Assembly: GCA_964036045.1 (NCBI GenBank)
Contig: OZ038378.1
Coordinates: 10,354,001-10,418,000, forward strand
DNA length: 64,000 nt
Source: Eutreptiella sp. 'Long Island Sound 2002'
Taxonomy: Eukaryota > Protista > Euglenida
Direction of reading: 5' to 3'
In this document: positions 59,898-64,000 of the stretch, piece after piece
Position numbering within the stretch: the first letter of the stretch is position 1
Layout: every line of letters begins with the position of its first letter
Notes under the pieces: model-generated
What the model was told of the DNA's origin: nothing
Databases searched by the model: none
The model's input: the letters and a program-made list of their open reading frames with translations, nothing else
Made by a program: the position numbers and the translations under genes

Positions 59898-60644
59898 CTA
59901 TGAGGTCGATGAGGAAGTGTTGGACATGGCGGAGGAACCCGCGGAATACCGGTCGTCGTCGGTGCCCGAATCCGCTGCCGATGATTCCGCGTCGAAGATA
60001 TCATCCTTAGGGGCTGGGCTCTTGGCATCACCCGCACTGCCAACATCGTGTGCTGCGGCCACAGAGTCCTGGACCACATTCTTGTGGCATGGCACATCAT
60101 GCGAGGCCATGGACAGTGCCATGAAGCTGTCATCCAGACTCTTGCTGCGCTTGCGGTGTGGCAGCGCCTCTGCGGCGCTCTGCGGTTGACTGAAATTGCA
60201 GCTCTGGCTGCGCGGGAGCATCGCTGCCGGTCCTCTCGCGCATGCAGACGGCTCTCCTCCGTGCGTGCGACCACGTCCGTCGTTGGGTCGCTCCCGTGGC
60301 TTCTGCCGGGCCTTTGGTGTGCGCGGCAGGTCCCATCCATGGACATGAAACCCATGCCGCTGATCCCGGTCCAGCCACCCGCACTCCTCCAGCAGCTCAT
60401 CCCTCTGGCCGAGGCACTCTGCCAACATCCGCAGTCGGCATCCCTGCTCCTGGTGCTCAAGCTCGAGGGTCTGGGCAAAGGCATCCACATGCCACTGTGC
60501 GTCATAGTCAGGGGAGGGCGTGCGCTTGCGACAGCGTTCCTGTTGGCTGAGGAGGTCAAAGGCGTCCGGGAGTGGGAAGCGGGCGTCGCAGGTAGTGGGC
60601 CACGGGTCCACGTTGACACCTGAGGCAATCGGAGGGAGCGTCAT
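59898..60644 (-). pseudogene. Coding-like ORF of unknown function (248 aa), possibly a gene fragment
   Basis: Protein-like helical segment DAFAQTLELEHQEQGCRLRMLAECLGQRDELLEE and an acidic/Ser-rich tail. No domain recognised; overlapping ORFs occur in other frames. Confidence 0.35.
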
Positions 60645-61346
60645 CCAGCGGGTTGAAGCACGGCCAGAACGTCAAGCAACTCACAGGCTTTTGGGCGGTG
60701 GGAAGGGGGGACTGATGGAGTGTGCCGGTCAGTACTGCCGGGTCTGGAATGGGGGTTGACATTTTCACAGTTTCAAAGTCCACATTTTCGCAAAAATATC
60801 CCCCCCCCCCCGATCTGTTAACAGGGGAACGGGGGGCAGGTGAAATGTGGTGTGCCAAAGTTTGGCACCAGTGAACTCCCCAAAATGATTCCATTGGCGT
60901 TCAAAAATTGCCGCCATGTTCTGCTGTCAAGTCACCCTTCATGCCACGGCTCCATTGCTTTACTCAAGCTGGAGGTACCCAAAATGTCCGTGAGGACGAT
61001 ATGCTTCACCTCCAGTTGCAATGGCGGTTGTTGGGTGGTTCTTGTTGTTCTCTTGTACGATTTTCCCTCCGCTTTTCTCCGTGTCTGCACAGTGCCTCGT
61101 GATGGACAAAACCAAGCCAGGCTTCAAAAGGCCTGGGCATCAACAGAGCAGTGGCCAATCAGCGGCTGCTGTCGGTTATTAGCTGCCCGGTGTTGGTTGC
61201 CCCTCAAATGGTGCACCTCTGATTATCAATCAGCGCTGAGGTCCAAGACTGAGGATTTGCAGGGACCCCCACCACCATGTCCCACCGACCATTGTGGGTA
61301 ACCCCCCCCCCCCCCGTAATAGGTACGCAAAAGTACCAAATTAATA

Positions 61347-62750
61347 CAGTCCCTACGCCTAGTGTAGCTTGGACAAGGGCGTGGCTTGCGCACAACACAT
61401 ACCACTACCGACACACACGTGAGTGAGTGCACGGTATGAGTGCACCTTAACCTCCGTCCACGTTCTCAAAGGCATGTAAACACAAGAAAGTGTTTGAAGG
61501 AACCCGTGAAGGAACGGGGACCGGCCCACGTTTCTTTTTTTTTTCCCTCATCGAATTATCTTCTACCCACTCTGCATAGCTCTCCTCCAATGAGGATTTG
61601 AATGCACCATTGACCATTTGTTTATCACACACCTTGAATGTATGGTGTGCAGTTCGGGGCACTGATGTTAAGCCACAATTTGGTATTCTTAAAAGCAAGG
61701 GCAACGGATGCATGCATGTGGGTAGGGGCCCCATTAGCTGTAAACACCGGTGGAACATGTGAAAATAAGCGGACAACTCATCATCCAATCTTCTCTTTTT
61801 CAACCTAGAAAAAGAGAAAAAGAGAAGATTGCATGATGAGCTGGTGCAAGAAAGGGGATGTAGTGGAGAAATATCCCCAAAATCAGACCGATGTGGGCTG
61901 AAGTGCGCAGTGGGCAAACACTCACAACAAATGGTCCATGACCCTATGTAACTACCAAATTCGTCACCAAACCCATGTCTCATGTGGCTGCACTTCATTT
62001 GGTACCGAATTAAAATTAGGTATCAAATTACTATGGTCACTGCGCCTCCTGTAGCTTGGACAAGGGCGTGGCTATTACAAGGAGCGGCCGGGTACCTAAG
62101 AAGAAGAAGAAAGCGATCTTCATGGGCCTCAAGGCACGGGCACTCTGGCAACCAATGGCAGTCAGACCCCCATCTTCAATTGCATCCACACAATGGACCA
62201 AGGGGAATAAGGGGTCGTGGTGGTGCCCACACATCCTCAACACGAGTGCATGTGTGTGACCGCGGCCTTTGTGTGCCTTTTTCGGCTGATGAAGGGGGCT
62301 CAGCATAGCTGCTGACAGGGGAGGGTTGTGTTCGGACATTTCAGCCGCAAGCCAACGCCGGCCCGGCCCGCGCTTTGCCCACGCCGCATGTGCGCAGTGC
62401 AACACCCTTCCCACAGACACACGCCACGAACTCCTTGATATGTTTCTAGGATAGCGTTCGAGGGGCACCCTGCTTTGGACACACTCTTGAGCGGGCCGCG
62501 ACACATAATCAAGTGCTCACCGTACATGCACCAGTGGACATGTGGTAGATGCCGGTTGAGAGGGACAAGGACTTGTGGGCACCGAGGACGTGGAACAAGT
62601 ATTGGTTGACTTATGAGACTCATGGCAAATAGTTGTGAACGAAGAATTGGTCACATACGTCATCTCAACGCATGGTACTCGCCACATTGGGTTTGAACCA
62701 AGCGGTGGTTGTTTTTTCTCGAACCAATTCCAAGCCATCGCAAGAAACCT
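61347..62750 (-). mobile_element. Degraded pogo/Tigger-like (DDE_1) transposon remnant(s)
   Basis: LLRIPNCGLTSV...KVCDKQMVNGAFKSSLEESYAEW (third-D region, about 61560-61700) and DQFFVHNYLP..YLFHVLGAHKS (second-D-like, about 62570-62650). TA|CAGT end at 61345-50. Confidence 0.55.
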
Positions 62751-63554
62751 CTCAAGACGCTTCAGTCTTCTCCACCAAAAATATATCATTTGCTTTGTGT
62801 GTGCTCTTGACTTAGTTTATGGTGTCATCCCGACAAGGTGATGGCATTGCCATGTGACATTCGACATGTGCAAACCAATGAACAAAAAGAGGATGACACA
62901 TGAGGAGAGAAGAGGTGCCCAAGGGAAAAGAGGAGGAGAATGTGCTACAAAACATGCACCAACTACAAGAAGTTGGCGAATATAGGTTTGGAGATACTAT
63001 CGAGTGGCTGATGACATAGACGTAGATGCGGATTGGTGCCTTGTGCACAAGCCTCATATATAGATTCCGTTTGATGTCCTTGGTCAGCCAACTTACCCTA
63101 TGCGTCCTTGGGATACTGCTCAGTGACCTAGACTCGCTTCTTATGCATGCACACATACTAACGGGTAGCCTCACCTGTGGTGGGATTAGAGGAGGCAACC
63201 TTGCCTTGGTGTCGGGGTGGCGGGGGTGGATGGATCAATATTGTCCTTCACCAACCGGCTCAATGCGGGCAAGTGGAGGTGGGCTAGAGAAGACTCTCTG
63301 GCTTTCGGCCCTGAGGAGCGGGTGGGTGCAACATTCTCCTTGGGCCCTAAGACAAGATCCTCACCTTCAACCACGGGGGCTGAACTAGATGGGAGCAGGG
63401 CCTCGGAGTTGGAGGCTCGTGAGGGAGGAGACTCTCCAACTTTGGGCTCCAAGGAGGGGATGGCGGCAATGTTGTCCTTGGGCTCTAAAAGAGGATCCTC
63501 ACCTTCAACAACGGGGGGGCGAAGTAGATGCGGGCAGGTTCTGCCTTATTGGGG

Positions 63555-63760
63555 GTCCCCAAGGGGGGACAAAATCAGAAGTGGCTACAAAACCCTTGCC
63601 GTCTTGAGGGCCCACATGTGGGCAAATAGGCTACATGCCGTCCACAGGGTCCCCAATTTGGGGAGGAAATTAAAGGGGCTACATAACCCCTGCTGTCATC
63701 AGGGCCCAAATGTGGGCGAAGCGGCTACATAACCCGTGCTGTCTCAAGGACCCCCGACAA
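63555..63760 (+). repeat. Diverged relatives of the 85-bp tandem unit
   Basis: GGGGGGACAAAATCAGAAGTGGCTAC, GGCCCACATGTGGGCAA and GGCTACATAACCCCTGC match parts of the 32983-33735 unit. Confidence 0.75.
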
Positions 63761-64000
63761 GGGGAAATCCAAATCGCTTCGAAACTTGTGCTGTCTAGCA
63801 TCCCCAAAGCAGCGAGGATTTAAAGTGGCGGCATAGGCCTCTAAAAAGAGAGAATGGTTGGCCGCATTCATTTTTGTTTTTTGCTGTAGGTTGCATGTGC
63901 AAGCCAGCCCCCACATCCGGGGAAATTTTCCAACAAATTGGGGCAGCAAATCAGGGGACCACTTTCAGCAGGTTTTCAGCATGGTTCTTGGCAACACAGC

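Overview
Eukaryotic, repeat-dominated 64-kb window. It shows no operons, rRNA, intact tRNA or CRISPR. A kinetoplastid/euglenid-style single-CCCH protein, GT-AG introns, candidate trans-splice acceptors and TTAGGG-like repeats suggest a euglenozoan, probably a euglenid; this lineage call is inference only. Two host genes can be modelled: a CCCH zinc-finger gene (+, join 47832-48641, 49078-49452) and the 3' part of an orphan coiled-coil gene (-, four phase-0 exons, 9363-11336). The rest is nested mobile DNA and repeats: a ~1.2-kb tandem family joined by degenerate telomere repeats and folding into a 1.6-kb palindrome (1.7-8.4 kb), TA-flanked MITEs, a 5'-truncated Ty3/Gypsy chromovirus, a pogo-like remnant, microsatellites and several degraded unidentified ORFs. 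The main finding is a hAT family with CAG...CTG termini and 8-bp target-site duplications. It includes a 315-bp MITE (13663-13977) and a 2197-bp internally deleted copy (31705-33901) that retains the hAT C-terminal motif ASSCSCERVFS fused to a SAP domain. Splitting the 8-bp TSD as 3+5 nt reproduces the junction geometry of euglenid nonconventional introns (CAG at +4..+6, CTG at -8..-6) and would restore the target exactly, so this family is a candidate intron generator. All alignments and counts were done by eye; no database search was run.
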